From NCBI RefSeq assembly GCF_021869535.1, contig NW_026262690.1:29698001-29762000 (forward strand): a DNA stretch of 64,000 bases. Reading direction: 5' to 3'. The stretch is from Mytilus californianus. Its lineage: Eukaryota. Shown in pieces: positions 25,701 to 45,810 of this stretch (the stretch's first letter is position 1; every line of letters begins with the position of its first letter). A model generated the notes under the pieces. It was not told the origin of the DNA, did not search any database, and saw only the letters and a program-made list of their open reading frames with translations. Made by a program: the position numbers and the translations under genes.

Positions 25701-27987
25701 ACAACCTCAGTGTTGACTGGCTAGTGATTACAGTAGTAGAACTACTTAGACCACTTGGCCACCGAGGACCCCCTATATGTTATGATGGTATGATACTAAA
25801 CCCCTAACGGGAAGGATTGTGCCTGATATTCATATGATGAAGACATAATCTTTCAATCAGTTTAATTGAAGTCTGGAGCTGGCATGTCATTTAACTGCTA
25901 GTAGTCTGTTGTTATTTATGTATTATTGTCATTTTGTTTATTTTCTTTGGTTACATCTTCTGACATCAGACTCGGACTTCTCTTGAACTGAATTTTAATG
26001 TGCGTATTGTTATGCGTTTATTTTTCTACATTGGCTAGAGGTATAGGGGGAGGGTTGAGATCTCATAAACATGTTTAACCCGCCGCATTTTTGCGCCTGT
26101 CCCAAGTCAGGAGCCTCTAGCCTTTGTTAGTCTTGTATTATTTTTAATTTTAGTTTCTTGTGTACAATTTGGAATTTAGTATGGCGTTCATTATCACTGA
26201 ACTAGTATATATATTTGTTTAGGGGCCAGCTGAAGGACGCCTCCGGGTGCGGGAATTTCTCGCTGCATTGAAGACCTGTTGGTGACCTTCTGCTGTTGTC
26301 TGTTCTTTGGTCGGGTTGTTGTCTCTTTGACACATTCCCCATTTCCATTCTCAATTTTATTGTTTAAATGATGCCCAACTGATAAGCATGATTGCCTTTT
26401 GAAATTTTGTAACGTAGTCTTAAGGGATCAAAATCGGGATAAGACAAAAAAAGTCAGGCTGGCACAAATATTTTTGGAAGCCCTGACCGGTACATGTATG
26501 TTCAGAAGTAGTAATGAAATTCCATCTGGAATGTTAATGTACAATAAATATTTACCATTATCAGTTAGGTACACACTTCTTTTGCCTCCTTCTTTCAAGG
26601 GTTTTCTGAGCTGGTAGGACGATTCACGAAGTACCATGACAGCCAGGAACATTTTACCAGAACTTGCTCCCAGACACACAATGGTATTCCTGTGTAATGC
26701 TGCATCAAGAAGTTCCACCTGGAAATATTGTATGGGTCATGTGTTATTTAAAGAATAATTTAAATGAGGAACTGGGAGAGGGTAAAAATACTAGATGTGA
26801 AGGCATGTTATTCCACTGCCTACCAATGTCTAGCCTGCTTTACTATTCATGATTTATTTAGTGTTGATAGTCCTTAAGATAAAGTTTTAATACAAGTATC
26901 ACATGAACTTAATATTATCAATGATACATTAAAATGAGGTCAATGTCAGACAAACCAAGTTAGATAGATATGTACACCTTACAATCGTTACATACACCAA
27001 ATATAGTTGACCTATTGCTAATAGTGTACAAGAAACAGACCAAACCATGAAAACTTAATATTGACCAATGAACCATGAAAATGAGGTCATGGTCATATGA
27101 ACTCTGCCAGACAGACATGTACATCTTAAAATCATTCCATACATCAAAAATAGTTGACCTTATTGCTTATAGTACATGTATCTGAAAAACAGACTTAACC
27201 AGGAAAACTTAACATTGACCAATGAACCATGAACTGAGGTCAAGGTCAAATGAACCCAGCTAGACATGTACACCTTACAATCATTCCATACACTAAATAT
27301 AGTTGACCTTTTGCTTATAGTATTAGAAAAGCAGATCAAAACACAATAAAATGAGGGCACAGCTTGATACGACCGCAGAGGTCGTACCCTGAACAGTTGG
27401 GACAAGTATGGACACAACATTCAAGCTTGATACAGCTCTGAATTTGGATTGTGTTTAAATATTTGACACATCATACCTCTTATGGTTCAATATCCATCTT
27501 ATTAAATTGGTGGTAAAAACATTAAGGAATGACTAAGTGAAATGAAAAAAATATTAACACTGTTGTTTTGGTCAAGTAGGTTCAGGAGAAGATTTTTTGA
27601 GACAATTATAGGGATATGTGGGATTGAATGTTGGAGATAATGATATAAAACTTCCTCTTTAATTCTTCCACAACTTGAGATAATTGGGGGAGTAATCACA
27701 AAACAATCCATCTTGTATGGGAAAGGATTTGTATAGGCTTTGCATTTTGTCCAATCCCTTTGTTTAATTGTATGTTTGATATTTGAACAAGTATTTTGAA
27801 TTGATTTGAAGTAAACACCAAATGATCACAGGTTTACATGCATGTTCCATGCTAGGTAACTTGTAAATTATGATGTTTTTCTAATACATACTTGATAGGT
27901 AGGTGGTGTAAAGGTATGTGTTGGTATATCTTCATTTCTAAGATGTCTGGGCAGTCTTTTTGAAGTGTCTGGTCCTATCCTAACCAT
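7759..27987 (-). CDS. DICER1: Dicer-1 endoribonuclease (helicase-DUF283-platform/PAZ-RNase IIIa-RNase IIIb-dsRBD), complete, ~1898 aa
   Basis: Hand-spliced exons on the minus strand, all GT-AG with consistent phases: 27987-27892, 26718-26556, 23688-22277, 21167-21066, 19869-19712, 19338-19197, 18612-18537, 18198-18056, 17301-17125, 16340-16127, 14291-12145, 11880-11669, 10794-10536, 10168-10015, 8626-8551, 7924-7759 (TAA). Total 5697 nt. Motifs: TFTPPTYQ|[20 protein letters not shown] (DUF283), [21 protein letters not shown], RNase IIIa [12 protein letters not shown] and ADCVESLIG, RNase IIIb [11 protein letters not shown] and [12 protein letters not shown], ds[22 protein letters not shown]. 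The start codon is the least certain part. Confidence 0.96.
8678..8880. mobile_element. Tc1/mariner-type MITE in Dicer intron 14
   Basis: TIRs ctgtaaattcagaaattatt and aataatttctgaattacag, flanked by TA dinucleotides at 8676-77 and 8881-82. Confidence 0.75.
12145..14291 (-). CDS. DICER1: Dicer exon 11 (PAZ, connector, long linker, RNase IIIa)
   Basis: Lies within ORF 12130..14322. Acceptor tttcag|CT at 14291, donor CAG|gtattt at 12145. Confidence 0.94.
12968..13174 (-). repeat. Coding minisatellite in Dicer: 4 x 51 nt ([17 protein letters not shown])
   Basis: Four near-identical 51-nt units, visible directly in the DNA and in the ORF translation. Confidence 0.95.
21355..21965 (-). mobile_element. 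HINE-like element with 3 x ~165-bp internal repeats in Dicer intron 3
   Basis: aacaag end; repeats containing ttcggtaaacaggaagttg; gacg/gaca microsatellite; terminal cccactttttt-aaagcggggg hairpin. Confidence 0.7.
21970..22291. repeat. 7 x 46-bp tandem repeat spanning the Dicer exon 3/intron 3 boundary
   Basis: Unit gaaacagtgaagctgtattaacactttaccttagatctactgtaac. The GT donor guanines fall at 22276, 22230, 22184, 22138, 22092, 22046 and 22000, exactly 46 apart. Confidence 0.95.
22277..23688 (-). CDS. DICER1: Dicer exon 3 (Hel1 C-terminal half, Hel2i, Hel2)
   Basis: Acceptor ttgtag|AA at 23688 gives [13 protein letters not shown], collinear with other Dicers. Donor AAG|gtaaag at 22277/22276. 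Contains IFEDCH, ILGLTSS and DGIDVPRCN. Confidence 0.92.
25240..26361 (+). mobile_element. 3' remnant of a probable Penelope-like retroelement with its long 3' UTR
   Basis: ORF fragment [22 protein letters not shown]...[19 protein letters not shown] resembles C-termini of bivalve PLE-type RT proteins (recalled, not searched). It is followed by an abundant repeat ending cattccccatttccattctcaattttatt. Confidence 0.5.
25512..25773 (-). mobile_element. tRNA-derived SINE (V-domain-like), full length, with 12-bp TSD
   Basis: Minus strand: A box TGGCCAAGTGG, B box GAGTTCGAACCC, central GGTTTTCTCTGGGCACTCCGGCTTCCTCC, (aatc)n tail. TSD tatatgttatga at 25500-25511 and 25774-25785. Confidence 0.85.
26890..27470 (-). 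mobile_element. HINE-like repeat fragment (gacctattgct units) joined to the 3' end of a tatacgaccgca-family element
   Basis: 26890-27350 is the reverse complement of internal units of the 33449 element. 27355-27470 matches 45690-45800. Confidence 0.65.
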
Positions 27988-30900
27988 CTACAAAAGATAT
28001 ACATGTATATATGTATATAAAAAGTTGTTTTACACCCATAACTAATTAGCTCCTATAAAATATGCTGCTATATATGCATTCAATTGTTTCATATCAATAC
28101 CACTATTATGAATAGTAGGAAACTAAACCTAACAAAATGTTCAGGAGTATAAAATTATTAATGTTAGATATATCTGTTAGCTAGAAATTGTGTTTAAAAG
28201 CTTTCGAAACCTGCCATCTTTACAGATGTTTGTTTGTATAAAGACAATTTAAATGATTAAAACATCCTGATGAAAATCTAAAACATGGCGGCATGTTGTC
28301 AATGTATCATTTATTTAGTATAAGTATCAATTAAATTATTTAAGTGTTTAGGTAAATTAATATCTTGTTAGGTTCAAGAAATTTTGACATAGAGATATGA
28401 TTGAAGCCATTTTGTTCTGACATGAAATCAGGTCAGAAAGTGCAAAAGAGTTCTAATCATTCTTATATGACTTTGCATTAAAAAAAATTGAAAATAATTA
28501 ATATCATCATAAAAACGTTTAAAATGGAATAAAATGTGCAGTCATATGTTGGACTGACAGAGAGACAGACAGTTGTTGTGTTTACCATGTTTACTCTTTC
28601 AAAATCAAATGAATCTGAAAAATCAGAGTGGTCTCTCTTTTTCAGCAGAATCTGGGTCAGTTCGCCTTAAAACATGTTGGCCCTAATACCTGTTTGTCCT
28701 GGGTTCGTTCCACCTGATTCTTATTTTAATATATTATTTAAATGTTTGTTAAAGTGTGTGTTGAAAATTTCGTCGAAAATATTTATGTTGTGTTGCTGCT
28801 ATCACATAATTATTTTCCTTTGATTTGCACTGAAGTGCACATCAATACAAGGTATTTGATATAAAACTACCAAATACCATGAATACCAAGCTATCTTGTT
28901 TTTTAGTTTGTTTCTTTTTTATAGTTTTTTTTCTCTTCTTTCATGTCTTTCTTTTCTTTTTACATGTTTTATCAAGTTATCTGTATGTATAAAGTTAATG
29001 GAAAAATGAATTGATTCCATAATCCACTTCCCTAAATAACAAGTTTGTCACTGAAATCACACACACTTGAGCTCAAAGGAGCCAAATAAATTCCTTTACA
29101 ATTCTGACATTCTTTGTTTTTACTCTTCCCAATCTGACTAGTTTTTTTAAAAAATTCATAAGGGGTTAGGTGGAACCCTGTGTCCCGCCTGCGATTGCTG
29201 CTGTCAGTGTTAAAGTGTAATGTTGACTTAAAAAGTGAGTCCATTTATCAGTAAAATACAGAATTGAAAAAAAAACTTTTTCTTTAGATGCCATTTTTTG
29301 GTCTTGAAGATGAGCTTCTGTCCAAGTTTCATAACAATCTATGAAGGTTTACAAATTCATCATGTCAAAAAAATTTAATCCCAGACTGTTTGTAAATGTT
29401 ACCTGTAAAAAACGAAGTCCATCTATCAGAAAAATACTAAAAATGAAAAAATATATTTTCAAAGGTTTGCTTTAGGCATTATCTCTTAATCATTAAAAAG
29501 CTTCTGCCAAAGTTTCATAACACTCTATGAAGGTTTGACCATGGAAGTAAAATGAAAAGGAATAGCAATGATTAATTAGAATGTATTAATGACCTGCAGA
29601 GCTCTGTACTAAAGTCATAGGATTTATTCAATTATTGTCTTAGCGGCAAGGCCCCTTTGGTTACTATCTGTGATACCGCGGTTGTAAAATGGCATCTGGA
29701 ATTTCTTATCAGTCATATGATTTTATTGAGTCTGGCAATTATAGCGTACCTGTGGGAAATCCCTAGTTTATTAATAACAAGGTGGCTCTGTATCATATAA
29801 AACTTCTACCTTTAGAAAGAAATCGAATGGTGTAAAAAACTTGAAAAACGGACGAGAATTGTTTAAACTACAACAGATTAATATGATCAATGATGATAAG
29901 TTGTATTTATCTTTGCATATTTTTGGTTTTTACTGTTTGTTTTTAACTAATCTAAAAGTATTTTCCGCATAAAAGCGGATCTCCAGTAAAACAGGTAATA
30001 ACGATGAAGCGATCAGGTTTCACATGATGTTTTAAAAAATAATGTGGACATATGTAGACATAAAATATTTTACTGTTGAAATGTTCCAAGTTTATCAAGA
30101 TTTATAAAAGGATATTTACTTTCAAGTATTTTCGATTAATATATTTGTAATAAATGTCATTGATTACATTATTGAAACTGGACAATTTAAAACGGAATAA
30201 ATAAAGTCGTAAAACATGTGAAATTTATATCTATTTTAGAAAATGTTTGATAACAATTGAATACTAGTATTAATTAACAAGTTACCACAAAAAGAAAAAC
30301 AACCAAACAAAATGACCTTGAGCTATCTTTCTAACCACAAATTTATTTTATATGAATTAGTTTATGTATAACCTGAAGAACAGAAACCTTTAAAATTGTG
30401 AATATTTTAATTGACTAGTCATGCAAGTAAACACGAAAGACTTTATTTTTATTACTTCATAAGTATATCTGACAACAACCAGTCTGTTCCTATATTTCCG
30501 TGAACACGAAAATGACCGGAAAGTGCCAGTGATTTGATCAATCACATGCCAAGAATCAACAAGTATTCCATATCTTAAACCATATAAAGAGTAATTGGAA
30601 GATAGGCGGTAACACATATGAAACTTGGCCCATGGCAACACAGACTGCACGACTCAAAATCATGTCGCAAAAAATAAAATGCAAATACCGACCTACCTAC
30701 CCCTATTTTTTTCTGATGAAACCAAAAACAGACCTAGGAACAGTGTATCTCCCCATCAATATATATGTTCCTGAACAGACATATATTTTTTTGGGGGCTA
30801 ATATGTATATTTCTTTGATATTTAACATAAATAATTACTTCAGGCACATGATTAATTTTTTTAATAGGATGAACAGACGCTACAGACGAACGATTCCAGG

Positions 30901-31179
30901 GTGAACGGACCCGATACCTTTTCATCATATAACAAATTATAAAAAAAAATCAGAAACAACATAACATTAACAAGTGTTTGTGCACCATAATTATTTGACA
31001 TGGTCATTAAATTTTAAAACAGTACTGCATGCATTGATCAAATATTGTATAAACATTGAAAATACATATTTTCTGATAAAGACCTTTATAAATGGATGAG
31101 AATGTGCCAACTATAGCATCGCAATCAGTAATTGCAGATGCTGACTATTTGAATGTTTTTACATTTGTTTCTTCATTCG

Positions 31180-31241
31180 CCGGAAGTTCTAACAAAATAT
31201 AAGAGAGGTTTTAATTGGTCAGGTTACTGAAATACGCCAAT
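31180..31241 (+). promoter_or_regulatory. Candidate ALKBH6 core promoter: ETS motif and CCAAT boxes
   Basis: CCGGAAGT at 31180-31187, ATTGG near 31214 and CCAAT near 31237, all 60-120 bp upstream of the proposed ATG. Confidence 0.45.
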
Positions 31242-31299
31242 GAAAATCCTTGGCTTATCATATTTATGAAAATTCTAACATCCAAAACCCGTTGACGAG

Positions 31300-39683
<8,384 letters not shown>

Positions 39684-41436
39684 TATTCAACAAAATTGTT
39701 ATTTATTGTTTGTTATGCAAGTGGCAATATCAAATCTATTTTAAGATAGTTAGAAATAAAAGAATTTATTTCAGTGAATTTAATATCCCATGTTTAAAAC
39801 ATGTTATTGTTCCATGAATGTAATTGTGCATGCCTGTTACATGCATAATTCCCTTACACTTAGATTGATTTTATGATAATTTTAGAGTCCTTTGTTAAAA
39901 CTAAAACACTTATAAGATGCAAAACATATCATAAGTTTAGAGCTATTTTCCTAATATTTGTAGCTTAAAGGTTTGGTTGGTTTGCTTGCTTTGTTTGTAT
40001 AAATGTTTGCTCAAGCATTGTAATTAAGATTGACATCTGCAATCAATAGATAGGCGGGGCTCCAGCATGTGTACCTTAAACTCAACAATGAAAGTGAACA
40101 GGCCTGTTTTGTGTTGTGCTTATACCACTCACAGATTTAATAAATCAATATGGATTTCTGTCCTTAAGGAAGCCTAGTTTTTTTTAAAGAAAACACATGT
40201 TTGTATAAAAGTTTGTTTAATTATAAATAACATGTACATTTAGAACCATTTTATATTATATAATAAACTGCTAAATTTGATAAGTAAAATAATTGGCAGG
40301 TTTTATTGTAAACAGTAATTCGTTGACTGAAAAGCAGATAGTAAGAATGTATACATACATTCATAAGTATATACAGTTTTTATTTGTTACTTACATAAAA
40401 CACACTAGTATAGATGAAATAACTAATGTGAAAAAAATTGCAGGATGCATTTAAACAGCTTGCTAGTAAAATTGAACAAGTGGAGATAGATGTTTCTTTG
40501 TGATTTCAAAAAATTATTTTGATAACATTTGATAATGAGCTGAAGCAAATAATTTTCAGAAATACTGGTGTGTTGTTCTCCATAAAACCTGTTCTTTAAA
40601 TGAACAAAGTTTCATATTATTGCCAAATTGGTAAAGTTCCATGACAAAAAATGATTAAAAAATGGTATACTTAACTTTCCTACAAAAGAAAGAGATCAGC
40701 GTTAAGCAGATGAGTATTTTATGATCAAATCCAAAATAAACTTAAGAAATTACTAACACTCATGAACAAATTGCATTTAAAAAAAAATAAACATAATTTC
40801 TCTTTAAAGCCAGAAGGATTAGGCTCTGAGTTACAACTAGTTTGATTTAAGTACAGTACAATTAAACAAACACAGAAATAGACATAAGTTAGATATAATT
40901 ATAGATACTGGTACTAGACTTTTTTCCTATATATTAATATAATCTAGAAAATAAAATATTTTCAATAATACAAGACCTACATAAATGGCTATATGACCAA
41001 AAACTATAATCTTAAAAACTAAAAAATATCGATAGAATTTAGCTACAAAACGCCAATTTTGGATCAATCTAAATAGGATTTATTGCCATTAAATGATGAT
41101 TTATTTTTCAATTACATTCCATTTATTGCCTTTTATCTTAAAAACTATTATAGATAAGTAGAAACTGTAGACAGGAAAAATGATCAGCAATATAAGATCT
41201 ACAAAAATGCTAGTATGATCAAAACCATAGGATGACACATTTATAACAGTTATTGTCCCTTTAATGATAATTTTTGACTAATTTCTTTAATTTTGTCTAT
41301 TATCTTGAAAAAACAATAATAGTTAGGTAAGAAACTGTAAACAGTAAAAATGATCAACAAAACAAGATATATTTTAGATGGGTGAGCGATACAGAGTGTT
41401 AGGAGCCTCTTGTTTGTATTTTTTGTCAACATATGG

Positions 41437-41589
41437 CAGTTCTGCCAACTTTTAATAATGCAAATGCGTGAGATTTGGCCATGATCGTAAAGATCAAAGA
41501 GAAAAAACAATAGATCAAAGGAAAATGCCGCCAAATAAGCATGAAAATGCGTGAGTCTCATGCTAAATGCGTGAGACTTGGCAGCCCTG
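41437..41589. mobile_element. 153-bp MITE with imperfect TIRs and apparent 6-bp TSD
   Basis: TIRs cagttctgccaa and ttggcagccctg. atatgg flanks both ends (41431-36 and 41590-95). Internal aaatgcgtgag occurs three times. Confidence 0.7.
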
Positions 41590-43567
41590 ATATGGTCTAG
41601 TTTGGTTTTGGCGCAACAAACTAGTTTAACCCTGCCACATTCTGTATGTGCCTGTTCCAAGTCAGAAGCCTGTAATTCAGTGACTGTCGTTTGTTGCTGT
41701 ATATATCATATTTGTTTTGTGTTCATTGTTTTGTGGATAAATCAAGCCGTTAGTTTTCTGGTTTGAATTGTTTTACATTTTTCATTCCAGGGCCTTTTAT
41801 AGCTGACTATGCGGTATGTGTTTTGTTCATTGTTGAAGGCTGTACAGTGACCTATAGTTGTCATTTGATCTCTGGTGAGGAATTGTCTCATTGGCAATCA
41901 TACCACATCTCCTTACTCTTATAGATAGGAAAAGGGTGAGGTTTGTGTGCATGTAAAACTGGTTTAACCCCACAACATTTTGTGTCTGAACCAAGTCTGG
42001 AGCACATGTTTTGTTTTTTTTTGGTCTTTGTATGTGTATTTTCGGAGGAGTCAATGTTAGGGCTTGTTGTGTTCTGTAGAACTGTCTCATATTTGAGATG
42101 ATTCCTGTTATCCTGTTTATGTATAAGTAGCAGCTAACTTGTCTTTAAATGACAATTTCTATAAGGACAGGAAAAAAATAAGCAAGTTTAAAGATTTGTG
42201 CAACAATACTGATAAAGAAATAAGATTAAATAATTACGTATTGAAAGACAAATTTTTCAGCTTACAGTTATAGTTTTACTTATACTTCTTTAAGAAACAG
42301 ATTGGAAAACAGTAAAAACATATAGAACAGCTAATAAAATATACTAGTATATCACACATTTTATTTCTACTGATTACTTCAAAATGTGAAATGACCAATA
42401 TTACAGTACAACATATGTAAGAACAACCTACAAAATCATACAAAAAAGAAGAATTTCATAAATTGTATAAAGTAAAAACAATACCTTTTATCAATCGCTT
42501 TAAGTAACATTTGTACAGTAACTACAGTTACTGTATTAAAACACTGATCTAATTAAACAAAATGATTGCAATTAAAATTGGAATATATATTTTATTGAAA
42601 TTTTGCCTCAAAAATCACATTAATGTTGGACAATTTTCTTGCAATTGGTCAACCCAATTTAATTTTAAGAAGAGCCTTTACAAAAAACATCAGATATTGA
42701 AAAAAATGTTCAGGTTGAACTTTGGTAAATATAGACTTAAAGTCTCATGAAGAAAATTGTTTCTATAGTACAATATTATTAAGAGTTGAAATAATATAGC
42801 ATGCAAATCAAGAGTTTAAATGCCTTGCTTGCAAACTTTGTTTGATTGTTTGCTCAGACATTGTAATTAAGATTGACACCTAAATTCAATGGGTAGGCGG
42901 AGTAACAGTCTGTTTACTATATAAAAAGATTTGATTTGACAATGGATATCATATTGTTTCCAGTCAGGCACTTAAAAGGTATACAGAAAAAAGAATCATC
43001 TTTCTACCCATAAAAATGCTACTTGCCCCCACCCCCCAAAAAATATAAACTGCTAGCGCCAAATACTTTTCAAAGTTTTGACTGGTTTCTGATTTCTCGC
43101 TGATTTTTGGATCGTAATGACGAAATAATATAGTTTCATTTCTCGCTAAAATATTTACAGAATTAGATCGTCATAAAAATTGAAATGGGAATTGGGAACC
43201 ATTAATTTTTCTAGATGGAAACTTGTATATCAAATAATTAATAATGTGGCAGGAATATGGTTACTTTTCTTGTTGCATTATTGTCAAATTTTAATGCACT
43301 AAGCAAATAAGAGAATGAGTTTTAAAAATTATGTTACTATTTTTATTTTAAATACAATTATTGTAATTGTCAAGAGTGCCTTTATAATATTAATGGTCAG
43401 ATTCCCTTTATTACTACTACTGCATTGACCCTTAGAGCATTGCGAGCCACTGATTTCTCAAACAGTTTTCAACAAAGTGATCTGAAGTTATTTTTTTCTT
43501 GTAGAATATATACAGTAGTTTAAAGTGCAAAATTTCATGTAATTAGCAGAGACATTTGTATTATATG

Positions 43568-45810
43568 TTTTTATACGACCGCAAAAATTAAAAATTTTTT
43601 GGTCGTATATTGGTATGACGTTGGCATCGTCGTCGTCCGGCGTCGTCGTCGTCGTCGTCGTCTGGCGTCGTCCGGCGTCGTCCGAAGACACATTGGTTTT
43701 CGCACTCTAACTTTAGTTTAAGTGAATGGATCTCCATGAAATTTTACCATAAGGTTCAATACCACGAAAGGAAGGTTGGGATTGATTTTGGGGGTTATGG
43801 TACCAACAGTTAAGGAATTAGGGGCCAAAAAGGGGCCAAAAATAAGCATTTTTGTAACTTCCAGACAATAACTTGTGTGTAAGTGTATGGATCTCTCTGA
43901 CATTGTACCACAAGGTTCCATATCACAAAGGAAAGGCTGTAATTGATTTTGGGGGTAATTGCCTCAAAATTTTAGGAATTAGGGGCCAAAAAAGGGGCAA
44001 AAAACAAGCATTTTTCTAGTTTCATGACAATTACTTGTGTGTAAGTGTTTGGATATTTCTGAAATTGTACTACAAGGTTCCATATCACAAAGGGAAAGCT
44101 GGAATTGAGTTTGGGGGTAATTGCCCTAAACGTTTAGGAATTGGGGGCCAAAAAGGGGCCAAAAATAAGCATTTTTTCTAGTTTCCAGACAATAACTTGT
44201 GTTCAAGTGTATGGATCTCTCTGAAATTGTACTGCAAGGTACCATACCACAAAGGGAAGGCTGGGATTGAGTTTGGGGGTGATGAATCATAAGGGGGTTC
44301 AAAAAATTTGGGGGGGGATTTTTTTTTTTCTTTTTTTTTCTTTTTTTCCTTTTTTTTTTTCTTTTAAAATTTTCCATTTTAAGTTGGTTATTTCTGATTA
44401 ATATTTAAAAGCAAATAATAATGATATGGTAGGAGATACACACCAAACAGGATGTGTAAATTATTATCTAATAAGTATTGTGCAATAGCAAGAAATTTTC
44501 AATTGCACAGTATTGCACAATAGCAAGAAATCTTCAATTGCACAGTATTGCGCAATAGCAAGAAATCTTCAATTGCACAGTATTGCGCAATAGCAAGAAA
44601 TATCCAATAGCACAATATTGCGCAATAGCAAGAAATTGTCAATTGTACAGTATTGCGCAATAGCAAGATATATTCAATTGCACAGTATTGTGCAAAAGAA
44701 GATACTTCGTATAAATTGCTTATTTCTTGATCAATTTCAATGGGGTTTTATTCTTGAATTCTTGGGGTTCTTTAATATGCTGAATCTAACCGTGTATTAA
44801 GTTTTTGGATTTTGGGCCCCGTTTTTAAATTGGTCCACATTGAGGTCCAAAGGGTCCAAAATTTAACTTTGTTTGATTTCATCAAAAATTGAATTATTGG
44901 GGTTCTTTGATATGCTGAATCTAACCGTGTATTTAGATTCTTAATTTTTGGTTCCGTTTTCAAATTGGTCTACATTAAGGCCAAAGGGTCCAAAATTAAA
45001 CTTAGTTTGATTTTAACAAAAATTGAATTTTTAGGGTTCTTTGATATGCTGAATCTAAACATGTATTTAGATTTTTGATTATGGGCCCAGTTTTCAAGTT
45101 GGTCCAAATCGGGGTCCAAAATTAAACTTTGTTTGATTTCAACAAAAATTGAATATATGGGGTTCTTTGATATGCTGAATCTAACCATGTATTTAGATTT
45201 TTGATTTTTGGGCCCCGTTATGAACTTCGCCACATTGAGGTCAAAAGGGTCCAAAATTAAACTTTGTTTGATTTCATCAAAAATTGAATTATTGGGGTTC
45301 TTTGATATGCCGAATCTAACCATGTATTTAGATTCTTAATTTTTGGTTCCGTTTTCAAATTGGTCTACATTGAGGTCCAAAGGGTCCAAAATTAAACTTA
45401 GTTTGATTTTAACAAAAATTGAATTTTTAGGGTTCTTTGATATGCTGAATCTAAACATGTATTTAGATTTTTGATTATGGGCCCAGTTTTCAAGTTGGTC
45501 CAAATCGGGGTCCAAAATTAAACTTTGTTTGATTTCATCAAAAATTGAATTCTTGGGGTTCTTTGATATGCTTAATCTAACCATGTATTTAGATTTTGGA
45601 TATTGGACCATAATAGGTGAATGTCCAATTTAAAATTTTTAAGTTCTTAGACCACATTCATTCTGTGTCAGAAACCTATGCTGTGTCAAATATTTAATCA
45701 CAATCCAAATTCAGAGCTGTATCAAGCTTGAATGTTGTGTCCATACTTGCCCCAACTGTTCAGGGTTCGACCTCTGCGGTCGTATCAAGCTGCGCCCTGC
45801 GGAGCATTTT
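43568..45810 (+). mobile_element. Full-length tatacgaccgca-family HINE carrying three different tandem arrays
   Basis: 5' hairpin tatacgaccgc...ggtcgtata; (gtc)n; ~120-bp repeats 43720-44290; polyT; 35-bp repeats 44476-44697; ~130-bp repeats 44740-45600; 3' subterminal inverted repeat tgcggtcgtat and hairpin gctgcgccctgcggagc; T-rich flanks. Confidence 0.85.
44476..44697. repeat. ~6.3 x 35-bp tandem repeat with C/EBP-type palindrome
   Basis: Unit tattgcgcaatagcaagaaatcttcaattgcacag. Confidence 0.92.

Noticed and set aside
25690-25773. tRNA-like sequence with A and B boxes
   Set aside because: It is the head of a SINE with body, tail and TSD; no complete cloverleaf or acceptor stem.
44126-45611. 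ORFs with poly-Lys or repeated SKNPKNSIF peptides
   Set aside because: Produced by the polyT tract and satellite arrays inside a non-autonomous element.
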